IMG/VR virus record: IMGVR_UViG_3300037400_001181
Span: 1-39,253 of that record
Strand: one strand, 5' to 3'
DNA: 39,253 nt
DNA from: a virus
Shown here one piece after another: positions 31,183 through 39,253 of this stretch; the stretch's first letter is position 1, and the number at the start of each line of letters is the position of its first letter. Under the pieces are notes generated by a model that saw only the letters and a list, made by a program, of their open reading frames with translations, did not search any database and had not been told where the DNA came from. Both the position numbers and the translations under genes were made by a program.

Positions 31183-32484
31183 TTATACCTTCGCCCGCAC
31201 CAGATAATAGACCGGCTCTGTCCGGTCGTAGTACGGCGCGATGGGGCCGATGTCGGTGTAGCGCCCATCCTTGGTATTGGCCTGGAACGGCCCGCCGGCG
31301 TCATACCACTTACCGCCGCCTGCGTAGATCGCCAGGTTACTATCCCACACGCACACGTCACCAGGCCGCAGATCGGGGAGCTTGTCCCAGGTCTTGCCCC
31401 CTGCCTGGATGACCTGACAGCCCAGCAGGTTGCCGGCGCCAGTGACCTTGCCGTTGTCGTGGCCGATGCGTTTGCCTGCCGTCAGCAAGCCTACGTCCTG
31501 CAAGACCCAGGACACAAAGTGAGAGCAGCTAGAGCCAGGCTTGCTCAACGCCTTGGTGGCCGCCCAGGTGTCCTTTGCTTTGTATGTTGTGTCCTTATAG
31601 TGCCACTTGTGCTTGACCATGTACGCACCCATTTCGGCGGCTCTGGCCAGGATTGCGTCACGGATGAGTGCCGCCTTGGTTTTTGCGCCTACGATACCGT
31701 CCACAGTCAGCCCAGAACGGTACTGGTACCCCCTCACTGCGGAGTCCGTCTGCACACCCCAGATGCTGTCCTCTGTGAGCTGCCAGCCCAGGAGGTTCAG
31801 ACGATGCTGGAGCAGCTTGACGTCGTCGCCCCTGTCGCCCTTGCGGATCAGGTCGGTGTTGCCAGTCTGGGGCTGCGCAAAATACCCGTGATTGCAGTCC
31901 ACGTTGCCCTTGATGCCGTTCACCCGCCCTTTGCTGGTGTACTGCCACGCCCAGACTTTGCCAGTGTAGTGGAGTTTGGAGCCGTATTCAGCCAGCCAGA
32001 ACGGATAGGCGGTCAGGCGATTTGCTTGGAGTTTGGTGGTGATAAAGTTGGTGGAGCTGTACAGGCCGACCTTGCGGCCAACCCCTTTGACCGTCTCCAA
32101 AAACTTTAACACGATGTCCGTCCGTGTCTTGTTGCTCAAGGCCAGGATGGATTTTTCATACTCTTGGTCGAAGAAGATGGGGAGCTCGAAGCATTTGCCT
32201 TCCAGCACTTTCAGACAGGTTCTTGCCTCCTGCTCGCCACGCTCCACGCTGTTTGCGTAGCTGTACCAGTACGCCCCCACCTTGATACCGGCAGCTTTCG
32301 CACCGGCGTAATTGCGCTCAAACTGCTTGTCCTTCTGACTCAGCTCTCGGCCATAACCGGCTCGGAGGACGGCGAACTGCACGCCATCCTTAGCCACCTT
32401 CGCCCAGTCGATGACGCCCTGATGCTCGGATACGTCGATACCTTTCGTAATTTTAACTACACCTTTCGTAATTTCAACTGCCAT
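31183..32484 (-). CDS. Endolysin: GH25 muramidase + PG_binding_1 + C-terminal Cys-containing (NlpC/P60-like?) domain
   Basis: 433 aa. GIDVSEHQGVIDWAKVAKDGVQFAVLRAGYG is GH25-like. GDRGDDVKLLQHRLNLLGW...GIVGAKTKAAL is a peptidoglycan-binding domain. The call on the C-terminal ...SSCSHFVSWVL... domain is tentative. Confidence 0.85.
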   Translation of the reverse strand: MAVEITKGVVKITKGIDVSEHQGVIDWAKVAKDGVQFAVLRAGYGRELSQKDKQFERNYAGAKAAGIKVGAYWYSYANSVERGEQEARTCLKVLEGKCFELPIFFDQEYEKSILALSNKTRTDIVLKFLETVKGVGRKVGLYSSTNFITTKLQANRLTAYPFWLAEYGSKLHYTGKVWAWQYTSKGRVNGIKGNVDCNHGYFAQPQTGNTDLIRKGDRGDDVKLLQHRLNLLGWQLTEDSIWGVQTDSAVRGYQYRSGLTVDGIVGAKTKAALIRDAILARAAEMGAYMVKHKWHYKDTTYKAKDTWAATKALSKPGSSCSHFVSWVLQDVGLLTAGKRIGHDNGKVTGAGNLLGCQVIQAGGKTWDKLPDLRPGDVCVWDSNLAIYAGGGKWYDAGGPFQANTKDGRYTDIGPIAPYYDRTEPVYYLVRAKV

Positions 32485-32497
32485 GTTCTACCTCCAA

Positions 32498-33409
32498 TTA
32501 AGCCGTCTGCTGTCCGATCTTAGATTTCAGTACTCGGAACTCGATTACGTTATTCCCGTCAATGGCTTTCGTGAGCGTCATTTTCGCCCCTGTGCCCGTC
32601 CCGCTGATGGAGTAGTCCGTACCCTCCACCAGTGCAATGCCGTTCAGATTCGCAATCAGGATGTCTGTGGTGGGCACATACTGGCTGATACCAATACTGA
32701 CCTGAGTGGTGCTAGTGGTAACGCTGACGGTGTTCCGGTGCTCCTGGATGTAGGTATTCACCTGCAGTTGTCCAGTCAGGGTGGAAAACCAGGAATCAAA
32801 TGCCGCTTCCTGCTGCGTCTGCCACGCCTGCATTTGGGCGTAAAACTCCGCATAGGCCGTCTGCCACTGGAGGAAGAGCTGGCTGGTATCCACCTGCTGC
32901 ACCAGGCCAGTCACCCAGCCGCAGACGGTATTGTCCGGTCTGGTATCGGTAATGGCACTCTGGGTGATGGTCGTGACGCCCTTCCCTACATACACATACG
33001 CAAGGCAATACTCCATGATCGCACTGGTCCGGGTCATAGCCGGTTTGGTGGGGGCGGTCGCGTTTGCGCCGTCCACGGCCACGATGCTGATATTCCGATT
33101 GGTGCAATCCAGCCGCATGACAATGGCCGTATACCGGTTCAAGGTCACGTGCGCAGCGTTTAGGACGATGTCCAGGACAGCGTCATTGTCCAACCACTGG
33201 CAGTTGTCGCCCAGGATTGCCCGGCCGGTCTGCACCTGCACCGTCATGCCGGTCCCCGCTCTGACCTGCAATCCGCCGCCGACAGATTCGTAGACGCCGG
33301 GAGATACCAGGCCATTGAAATACCGGGACATCTGTTCCGCGTTGTATACCCTGTCATATGTGCCATCTGTCTGCTTTACGGCGTTAAAAAATCCATATTC
33401 AAGCGCCAT
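32498..33409 (-). CDS. Tail fibre / receptor-binding protein candidate
   Basis: 303 aa and the last structural gene before the endolysin. MALEYGFFNAV...YDRVYNAEQMSRYFNGLVSPGV resembles the N-terminus of siphovirus fibre proteins. Confidence 0.55.
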   Translation of the reverse strand: MALEYGFFNAVKQTDGTYDRVYNAEQMSRYFNGLVSPGVYESVGGGLQVRAGTGMTVQVQTGRAILGDNCQWLDNDAVLDIVLNAAHVTLNRYTAIVMRLDCTNRNISIVAVDGANATAPTKPAMTRTSAIMEYCLAYVYVGKGVTTITQSAITDTRPDNTVCGWVTGLVQQVDTSQLFLQWQTAYAEFYAQMQAWQTQQEAAFDSWFSTLTGQLQVNTYIQEHRNTVSVTTSTTQVSIGISQYVPTTDILIANLNGIALVEGTDYSISGTGTGAKMTLTKAIDGNNVIEFRVLKSKIGQQTA

Positions 33410-33412
33410 CTA

Positions 33413-34474
33413 TCATACCTCCCATGTGCTGAATGTGGGGATGATGCTCCTGCCGGTGTCGTCATCCGCGTCGATGATCTCCACAATCCTGGGGCTGGCT
33501 TCAATCCCGTATTCGTTGATGACCGCTACCACATCTCCCAGGAAATAATCCTTGCCTAGGATATAGTTGGAGCTGACCTCAATTTCTCCTTCAAAGCGCT
33601 CCGTTGCGCCCAGCTCGGAGAGCTTTTCTGCGCCCTTTTCGGATAACATCGCTTTGTATTGCTCATCGGCAATCTCGCCTTCGTTGCTGCTGATGTCCCG
33701 CGCGTCCACATAGACCTCGTAGCGCTGTAGTCCGCTATAAGCCCCGACCACCTCACGGCGGCGGTCGATGCCCTCCCCTTCCCCGGCAACAAGCGCCGTA
33801 TTCTTGTATTTCTCTTTTGAGTAGGCATAGTCGCTTCTGATGAGGTTGTCGTATTCTGGGCTGAACACGACATAGGGGTTGGTCGTCTGGCCGTAGGAGC
33901 GGTCTGTGCCTTTGTATAGCTCAAACACGAAGGCGTGCCCCCGAACCCACACATCCCAGCCCATTCCGCATGGCGTGCAGGCCTCTTGCAAGAAGGCGGC
34001 GATTTCGTCCCCGGTGGCCTGGATCTCAATTCGGTCTGTAAATCCTTTGCTCTCGCCAAGGGTGAAATTGCTGATCGCCCGTTCGCTCACGGCCGGGGCA
34101 ATGACGTTTTCTGTCAGAATTTTGCGGATGCCCAGCTCCAGCTTGCCGTTGATGCTGGTTTGATTCCAGATGATACGGCGGGACAGGATGGATTTCAGGC
34201 AATGCCCCGTGACCGTCAGGGAATTGCCATCTTCCACGTCCGTCTTTGGGTTGACTGTTTCGATTACCATCACATTTTTGTAGGTGTCTCCGTCAATATC
34301 ATCCGCTCGGCACAGGTAATAGTCCTCTCGCAGCAGTGTGATCATGGCGTCAGTGGCTGGCAGATACAGCTCGAAATCGCCAGGCGCATAATATCGAGTC
34401 GTCCAGATAAGTGAGGTGTACGAATCTACGATGCCCACCATATCAAAGGCTGTGTCAAATACGTAAATATCCAC
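33413..34474 (-). CDS. Siphovirus Gp37-like baseplate/tail tip protein
   Basis: 353 aa with a GTG start. MDIYVFDTAFDMVGIVDSYTSLIWTTRYYAPGDFELYLPAT matches the ReqiPepy6 Gp37-like N-terminal pattern. Confidence 0.65.
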   Translation of the reverse strand: MDIYVFDTAFDMVGIVDSYTSLIWTTRYYAPGDFELYLPATDAMITLLREDYYLCRADDIDGDTYKNVMVIETVNPKTDVEDGNSLTVTGHCLKSILSRRIIWNQTSINGKLELGIRKILTENVIAPAVSERAISNFTLGESKGFTDRIEIQATGDEIAAFLQEACTPCGMGWDVWVRGHAFVFELYKGTDRSYGQTTNPYVVFSPEYDNLIRSDYAYSKEKYKNTALVAGEGEGIDRRREVVGAYSGLQRYEVYVDARDISSNEGEIADEQYKAMLSEKGAEKLSELGATERFEGEIEVSSNYILGKDYFLGDVVAVINEYGIEASPRIVEIIDADDDTGRSIIPTFSTWEV

Positions 34475-34476
34475 GG

Positions 34477-35328
34477 CTACACCCCCTCATACTTGTCGGT
34501 ATGTCGGAAGGTGACAGTCAAATTGGTGGTCAGGTCATCCGCTACCGTGTAAGTGAATGTGTTTTCGCCGCTGGCAATCTGGAACCACGAAGACCCTCGA
34601 ACCAGTCGGTTGATGATGTTGGTTGTCACGCCGCCCCGATTCAGTAGAATGGATTTCTGCCCCTTGTTGGTGTTGATGGTGACGGTATCCCCGTCCTGCA
34701 TGGCCAGGGTCAGCCCCAGCGACTCTCTGGTGTCCACGTTGTACAGCACCGGATTGGACACCGGACCGGCGGCGTGGAGAGTGATCAGTACGCCGCTTTC
34801 CACGTCACCGCCGTTGATGATAACCTTGCTGACGTTGGTCTCCTGCTCGGCGAATGGGATGCCCGCATCTGGCGCCGCAAACGGAAAGTGAAACAGAGGC
34901 GTCACACTCCGGAAATCGACCGTCCGCTCCGTCAGGGCCTGGAAGAACGGGTCAGGGCAGATGACACTGATTTGTGCCGTTTGCCGGTTGTCGAACAGGG
35001 AGATCTCAAATGTCTCGACATACCCTCCAATGGAGACATCCCTGGATGCAGTCTTGTAATACAGCTTGCACGGCTTCTTCGGTCTGAAATACTGGTAGAG
35101 CTTGATCCGGTTCCGCTCGATCTCGTTCTCGATGACGATGGTGAGTACAAGATTCCTCTCGCTCATCCGGCTGCTGTTGAAGCGGGATCCGTCAAAGGAC
35201 GCCACGACCGCCGTGTTGATGGTCGCCTTGGGCGGATTCAGCCCCTCCACATTGGTGACCGTATAGTCGTTGCTGTGAGTCAGTTCCAGCTGATCTCCCC
35301 GCTCGTTCTCCACTTTCAGCGTGTACAT
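34477..35328 (-). CDS. Distal tail protein (Dit)
   Basis: 283 aa immediately after the tape measure gene. YTLKVENERGDQLELT...VTNVEGLNPP is typical of Dit/phage tail family proteins. Confidence 0.75.
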   Translation of the reverse strand: MYTLKVENERGDQLELTHSNDYTVTNVEGLNPPKATINTAVVASFDGSRFNSSRMSERNLVLTIVIENEIERNRIKLYQYFRPKKPCKLYYKTASRDVSIGGYVETFEISLFDNRQTAQISVICPDPFFQALTERTVDFRSVTPLFHFPFAAPDAGIPFAEQETNVSKVIINGGDVESGVLITLHAAGPVSNPVLYNVDTRESLGLTLAMQDGDTVTINTNKGQKSILLNRGGVTTNIINRLVRGSSWFQIASGENTFTYTVADDLTTNLTVTFRHTDKYEGV

Positions 35329-35330
35329 GG

Positions 35331-38300
35331 TCAGACCCCCTTTGCAAACGCCAGCTGATTTTTCGTCTGACGGTAGATTTCCAGGCGGGAGAGCGCTTTC
35401 GGGCTGGTGTTATACTGGTAAAAGTTTTGGACAACTCCACCCCGTGTGGCCTGGGTTCCGCCGCCAGCGGAATGGGCGCTGATGGGACTTCCCACCACAA
35501 TGCCGCCAGATTCCGCCAGCAGGCTACTGCTGAGTTTGCGCATGGCCTTCTGCGCTACTTTGGTGTTCTTCTCAATGCCTTCGGCAATGCCCGGCGGCAG
35601 CCATTTGCCCACCTGGTCTCGCATGACTTTGGACGGAGAGTTGATGCCAAAAGCTTTTTTGAAGCCTTTGATGATACCGTTGCCGAACCCCATGATCTTA
35701 TCCTTGAGCCACCCAGCGGCCCCCTTGATACCGTTCCACAAGCCGTGTACAATGTCGCTGCCGATAGACAGAAGTTTTCCGGGCAAGCTCTTGATGCCGT
35801 TCACCACGGCGTTAAACATATTCTTCGCGCCCTCTTTGCCCTTCTTCCCCATATTCGACGCCCAACTTTTTACGTTGGAAATGATATTTTTTAGGAAGCC
35901 CATAACCCTACTGGGCAACGACTTAATACCATTGACAACATTGTTCAAAAAGTTCCGTCCAGCTTCCACGGCCTTGTTCTTCATGTTGATCGCCCAACTC
36001 GCCACGTTGCTAATGGCGTTTTTCAAGAAATTATAAATTTTCCCGGGAAGCTGCTTGAAGAAGTTGACCACGTTGGTGATGAAGTTTTTACCGGTTTCCT
36101 TCGCCTTTTGTTTCATGTTGCCAGCCCAGGCGGCAACATTGGTAATGGCGTTTTTTAAGAAATTATAAATTTTCCCTGGAAGCTGTTTGAAGAAGTTGAC
36201 AACGTTGGTGATGAAGTTTTTACCGGTTTCCTTCGCCTTGGTCCACATATCGACCGCCCATCGGGCAACCGTACCAATGGCAAAACCTAGCGCAAAACCA
36301 ATATTTTCAGGCAGGTTCTGAAAGAATGTACTAATGCCATCTAGGAAGTTTTTACCTGTCTCCACAGCCTTATCGCGCATATTGATCGCCCACTCACCGA
36401 TACCGGTTAGCACATTACCAATAAACTCACCAATACGCCCAGGGAGTTGCTGGAACCACTCGATCACACCGGAAACAAAGCCGCCCACAGCCTCTCTTGC
36501 GCTATTGAACGCGCCCGGAATGGTAACCGTAAAGAAGTTCACAATGCCGTTCCACACAGCAGAAAAAGCACCGCTGACCGTCTCCCACAACCCTATCCAG
36601 AAGTTGCGGAACGCTTCGGACTTGTTCCACAAAGTCACAAATGCGGCTACCAAACCAGCAATCGCCGCAACAATCAAGCCGATAGGGTTCAAACTCATTA
36701 CCGCATTTAAGGCGAGCTGCGCCACCTTCATCAGTTTTAGCGCTATCTCGCCGCTTTTGATTGCTGCTATAAAAGCTTGGATTTTCCCGACAGCAAAATA
36801 TGTCGCCATCGCTGTACCAATGCCAACAAACAACGGGATCCACGCTCGGAGCTTATCGGCCACCTCAGAAATAGCTTCTTTGATCGCCGGGATTTTCTCC
36901 ACAAACGCCTTCGCGAAATTCGCGATTGCAGGTGTAACCTGATCGACCAGCGGTTGCAAGAATTCAGCCTGCAACGCTCTGCCGATGGAGGAAATGGAGC
37001 TGCCAACGTCGGCGTATTTCACGTCATTCAGCTGTTTCATGGCGTCCGTGGTCGTTGCTGCTTCACCAGAAACATCCGTGAGTGCCTTGACACCGTCAAC
37101 GCCCAAGTCTTCCCACATGGTGCCAAATAAGTCTACCCCCGCCTGGTTCTGCTTGACCTGGTCGTCCATGCTGAATAGTGCTTTCAGCACTTTCTGTGTC
37201 GCATCCTGGGCAGTGTCACCGCCAGCAGCAAAGTCTTTTCGCATTTGGTCGGCGTTGAGCCCCAACAGTTGGAATCCCTCATCGGTGCTTTTCGCCATAT
37301 CCTTCGTACTGATGCCATATTCCTTCATGGCGTCGCCCAATTTATCGACGGAGAAAGTGCCTGACGCAGAGCCATTGATGAGGGAATTATAGAACTCATC
37401 AGCGGTATAGCCCTGCTGTTTGTAATGCACAGAATACTCGTTGATGGTATCCAGTAGGTCACCGTTCTTGTCCAGGCCATTCTGGGCACCTTTGACCACC
37501 AGGTTAAACGCCTGGTCAGACGTGATGCCGAACTGCTGCATGAGCATATTGACTGCCCGCATAGACTCGTTCAGGTCGAATCCGAAGGTGTCCCGCAAGG
37601 CAATACCATTCTCTGTCATCTTCTCCAGCTTTGACGGGTCGATCTCGCCGGTCTGCTGCTTCACTTGGGCCATCGCCTCGGCCACGTCCTGCATGGACTC
37701 GCCGAAGTTGTGGGAGTAGACCCGCTCGATGGAGTCAGAGAACTTCTCCATCTCTTTTGCGCTTGCCCCGGTCTGGGCCTGGAAGTTGGCGTTCGCCTCG
37801 GAGGACGCTGTTGCCAGGTCCTTGAATGCGTCCACGGCAGCTTTGATCCCGTTCGACACCAGCTCTGCAAGTGCGCCCTTCATGACGGTAAAGCCGCCGC
37901 TCGCATCCTCGGCGGCGTCGCCCACATCGTTCAGACTCTGGTCGAACTTATCCGCCGCACCCTCGGCGTCGCTCAGCTTGGACTGATTGTCCGCTAAGTC
38001 ACGAGACAGGGACGCGATCTCTTTTGCCAGCGTCCGGGCTTCCTTGGACGTCTCTCCCTGCTCCAGGACGACCTGGGCATACTGCGCCTTGAGCTTGGAC
38101 AGCTGTGCCTCCTGTCCGCCGATGACAGTTTGCAGGCTTTCCAGGGCGTTCTCCTCTTTCTGGGCAGATTTCGCCGCTTCCGCTTCCGCAGTCTGTACCT
38201 CGGCCAGGCGCGCGGAGTAATGCCGCATCTGCGCTTCTGTCTTCCCAATCTCACCCTTCAGGTTGTTGATACGGATGTACAGGTCTTGTGCGCCCTTGGA

Positions 38301-38558
38301 GTTCTCCCCCTCAGCGGCAACAACTTTGTCATACTCCGCTGTCAGCAGCGCCAGCTTCGCCTTTTGGGCGTCTTCCGTCGCATTCAACTGCTTGAGCTTG
38401 GCGCTCAAGCCCTCAGCAGATTCCGCCCACCGGTCCATGCCGCCGGTCGCCGCCTTAAATTCCGACGTGGCCACCTTCATGAGCTGGTTGGCCTGCTGCA
38501 TCCCCTTCTTCAGGTCAGTAATATCTACGCTAAATTTGGAAGTAAATTCTTCGGCCAC
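35331..38558 (-). CDS. Tape measure protein
   Basis: 1075 aa, GTG start 7 nt after AAGGTGG. Coiled-coil N-terminus, TM-like central segment, and 44-aa internal repeats. It follows the G/GT chaperone genes. Confidence 0.9.
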   Translation of the reverse strand: MAEEFTSKFSVDITDLKKGMQQANQLMKVATSEFKAATGGMDRWAESAEGLSAKLKQLNATEDAQKAKLALLTAEYDKVVAAEGENSKGAQDLYIRINNLKGEIGKTEAQMRHYSARLAEVQTAEAEAAKSAQKEENALESLQTVIGGQEAQLSKLKAQYAQVVLEQGETSKEARTLAKEIASLSRDLADNQSKLSDAEGAADKFDQSLNDVGDAAEDASGGFTVMKGALAELVSNGIKAAVDAFKDLATASSEANANFQAQTGASAKEMEKFSDSIERVYSHNFGESMQDVAEAMAQVKQQTGEIDPSKLEKMTENGIALRDTFGFDLNESMRAVNMLMQQFGITSDQAFNLVVKGAQNGLDKNGDLLDTINEYSVHYKQQGYTADEFYNSLINGSASGTFSVDKLGDAMKEYGISTKDMAKSTDEGFQLLGLNADQMRKDFAAGGDTAQDATQKVLKALFSMDDQVKQNQAGVDLFGTMWEDLGVDGVKALTDVSGEAATTTDAMKQLNDVKYADVGSSISSIGRALQAEFLQPLVDQVTPAIANFAKAFVEKIPAIKEAISEVADKLRAWIPLFVGIGTAMATYFAVGKIQAFIAAIKSGEIALKLMKVAQLALNAVMSLNPIGLIVAAIAGLVAAFVTLWNKSEAFRNFWIGLWETVSGAFSAVWNGIVNFFTVTIPGAFNSAREAVGGFVSGVIEWFQQLPGRIGEFIGNVLTGIGEWAINMRDKAVETGKNFLDGISTFFQNLPENIGFALGFAIGTVARWAVDMWTKAKETGKNFITNVVNFFKQLPGKIYNFLKNAITNVAAWAGNMKQKAKETGKNFITNVVNFFKQLPGKIYNFLKNAISNVASWAINMKNKAVEAGRNFLNNVVNGIKSLPSRVMGFLKNIISNVKSWASNMGKKGKEGAKNMFNAVVNGIKSLPGKLLSIGSDIVHGLWNGIKGAAGWLKDKIMGFGNGIIKGFKKAFGINSPSKVMRDQVGKWLPPGIAEGIEKNTKVAQKAMRKLSSSLLAESGGIVVGSPISAHSAGGGTQATRGGVVQNFYQYNTSPKALSRLEIYRQTKNQLAFAKGV
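36016..36240. repeat. 132-bp tandem duplication inside the tape measure gene
   Basis: Segments starting at 36016 and 36148 differ at about 4 positions over about 92 nt. They encode KETGKNFITNVVNFFKQLPGKIYNFLKNAI[TS]NVA[AS]WA. More diverged copies flank the pair. Confidence 0.85.
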
Positions 38559-38570
38559 AGTTTCACCACC

Positions 38571-39142
38571 TTAAAACCAATCGTCACCAGCTGGCCGTCT
38601 GATCACTCTGCCCTTCTTCGTATTCTGCGTTTTCTTCGCCTGCCGGGCTCCATGTTCGTTCAACCGTTTGACCAGCAGGAACACCTCCCGCACTGGCAAA
38701 CGCCTGATTGCCGTGGGTGTGTAGGCCGGGAAACGTTCGCATAGAGACACGGTAATGTCGAACAGCACCGCATAAAGAGAAAGGGGGGTATCATCCCCCC
38801 CGCTCAGTTTTTTGCGCTGCTGGCTCCCTTCATGTTGATGAACCCGTACTTGAGCACGTTGACCAGGATATTCACCACATCCCTCATCCTCACCCGCTTC
38901 AACTCTTCATCGGTCACGTTCGGGAAGATCTCCTTCAGCAGAGACCGGACGGAGCCGATGCCGCCCTTGAGCAGTGCGGCAACCGCACCGACGAAATCGG
39001 CGTCCGTCTTGCCACCGGTCAGACTGTCCACGTCGATGAGGTTGACCAAGTCTTCCACCGTGCCGAACATGATGTCATATTCATCAGCGGTGTAGACTTT
39101 TTCCACCTCACGTCCTCTATAGATGTTCAAATTCAGCTGCAT
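38571..39142 (-). CDS. Tail assembly chaperone GT fusion (via -1 frameshift at 38813-38807)
   Basis: The -1 frame after A_AAA_AAC reads KKLSGGDDTPLSLYAVLFDITVSLCERF... with no stop, straight into the 38571-38768 ORF. I checked the register: (38807-38768) is divisible by 3. Confidence 0.6.
38783..38813 (-). promoter_or_regulatory. Programmed -1 frameshift signal: slippery heptamer plus downstream GC hairpin
   Basis: A AAA AAC at 38813-38807 sits immediately before the G stop codon. After a 5-nt spacer comes G7-ATGATA-C6 at 38801-38783. Confidence 0.6.
38804..39142 (-). CDS. Tail assembly chaperone G
   Basis: 112 aa, AGGAGG RBS 8 nt upstream. It lies between the major tail gene (across the junction) and the tape measure gene. 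Confidence 0.75.
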   Translation of the reverse strand: MQLNLNIYRGREVEKVYTADEYDIMFGTVEDLVNLIDVDSLTGGKTDADFVGAVAALLKGGIGSVRSLLKEIFPNVTDEELKRVRMRDVVNILVNVLKYGFINMKGASSAKN

Positions 39143-39253
39143 ACTGCAATCCTCCTGATGTAATTTGAGCCGCGCATCAGCCGGTAGACTTCGCGGTCAG
39201 AGAGTCCGGCGTGGTGACAGTGTCGAAGAAGGTAGACACGTTGGCCTTGTCCG
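39127..39253. repeat. Terminal overlap, right copy (identical to 1-127)
   Basis: Same 127 bases as the window start. Confidence 0.9.

Larger units (their letters stand above)
1..39253. mobile_element. Complete temperate siphovirus-like phage genome, circularly closed contig (unit 39,126 bp)
   Basis: All modules are present: integrase/attP, cI-Cro switch, antirepressor, recombination/replication, HNH+terS+terL, HK97-type head, tail, endolysin. The first 127 bases are repeated exactly at the end. Confidence 0.9.

Overview
The window is one complete temperate siphovirus-type phage genome. Bases 1-127 recur exactly at 39127-39253, so the contig closes on itself with a unit length of 39,126 bp. 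Almost all genes are on the minus strand and most have strong AGGAGG-type ribosome binding sites. I saw no rRNA, no complete tRNA, no CRISPR array and no reverse transcriptase. Going down in coordinates (the minus-strand reading direction), the map is:
- Immunity switch at 27.2-27.35 kb: Cro-like gene on the minus strand, LexA/cI-type repressor on the plus strand.
- Small membrane ORFs, then a 390-bp hairpin-dense non-coding region and a Bro-N/KilAC antirepressor.
- Small early genes, then a repeat-containing HTH protein.
- Recombination and replication module: SMC-like ATPase, Sak4-like ATPase, DUF669-like protein, SF2 helicase, primase-helicase, RusA.
- Regulators and DNA modification: sigma-like factor, SNF2-helicase/DNA-methyltransferase fusion, RinA/ArpU-like activator.
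- Packaging region: HTH protein, HNH-P-loop fusion, collagen-like fibre, holin, P27 terS, terL.
- HK97-type portal, protease and capsid, then connectors and the major tail protein.
- Across the circular junction: G/GT chaperone with a visible -1 frameshift site, tape measure, Dit, Gp37-like protein, fibre, and a GH25 endolysin.
- attP, carrying the 3' end of a tRNA and four TTGGGGTCA arm-type repeats, sits between the endolysin and a plus-strand tyrosine integrase.
- A lysogeny-side cassette lies between the repressor and integrase: repressor, PH-domain protein, membrane protein.

The observations most worth a second look are:
1. Seven near-identical 15-aa/45-bp repeats whose variation is confined to one di-residue (WR/YY/YR/WY), inside a Cys-cluster + HTH early protein.
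2. The hairpin- and repeat-dense non-coding region upstream of the antirepressor.
3. An iteron- and hairpin-rich origin-like region with a plus-strand terminator, downstream of the primase-helicase.
4. The lysogeny-side accessory cassette, including a small two-TM ORF that falls below the ORF-track cutoff.

Protein family calls come from motif recognition by eye and gene order, not from database searches. Novelty cannot be judged without such searches.
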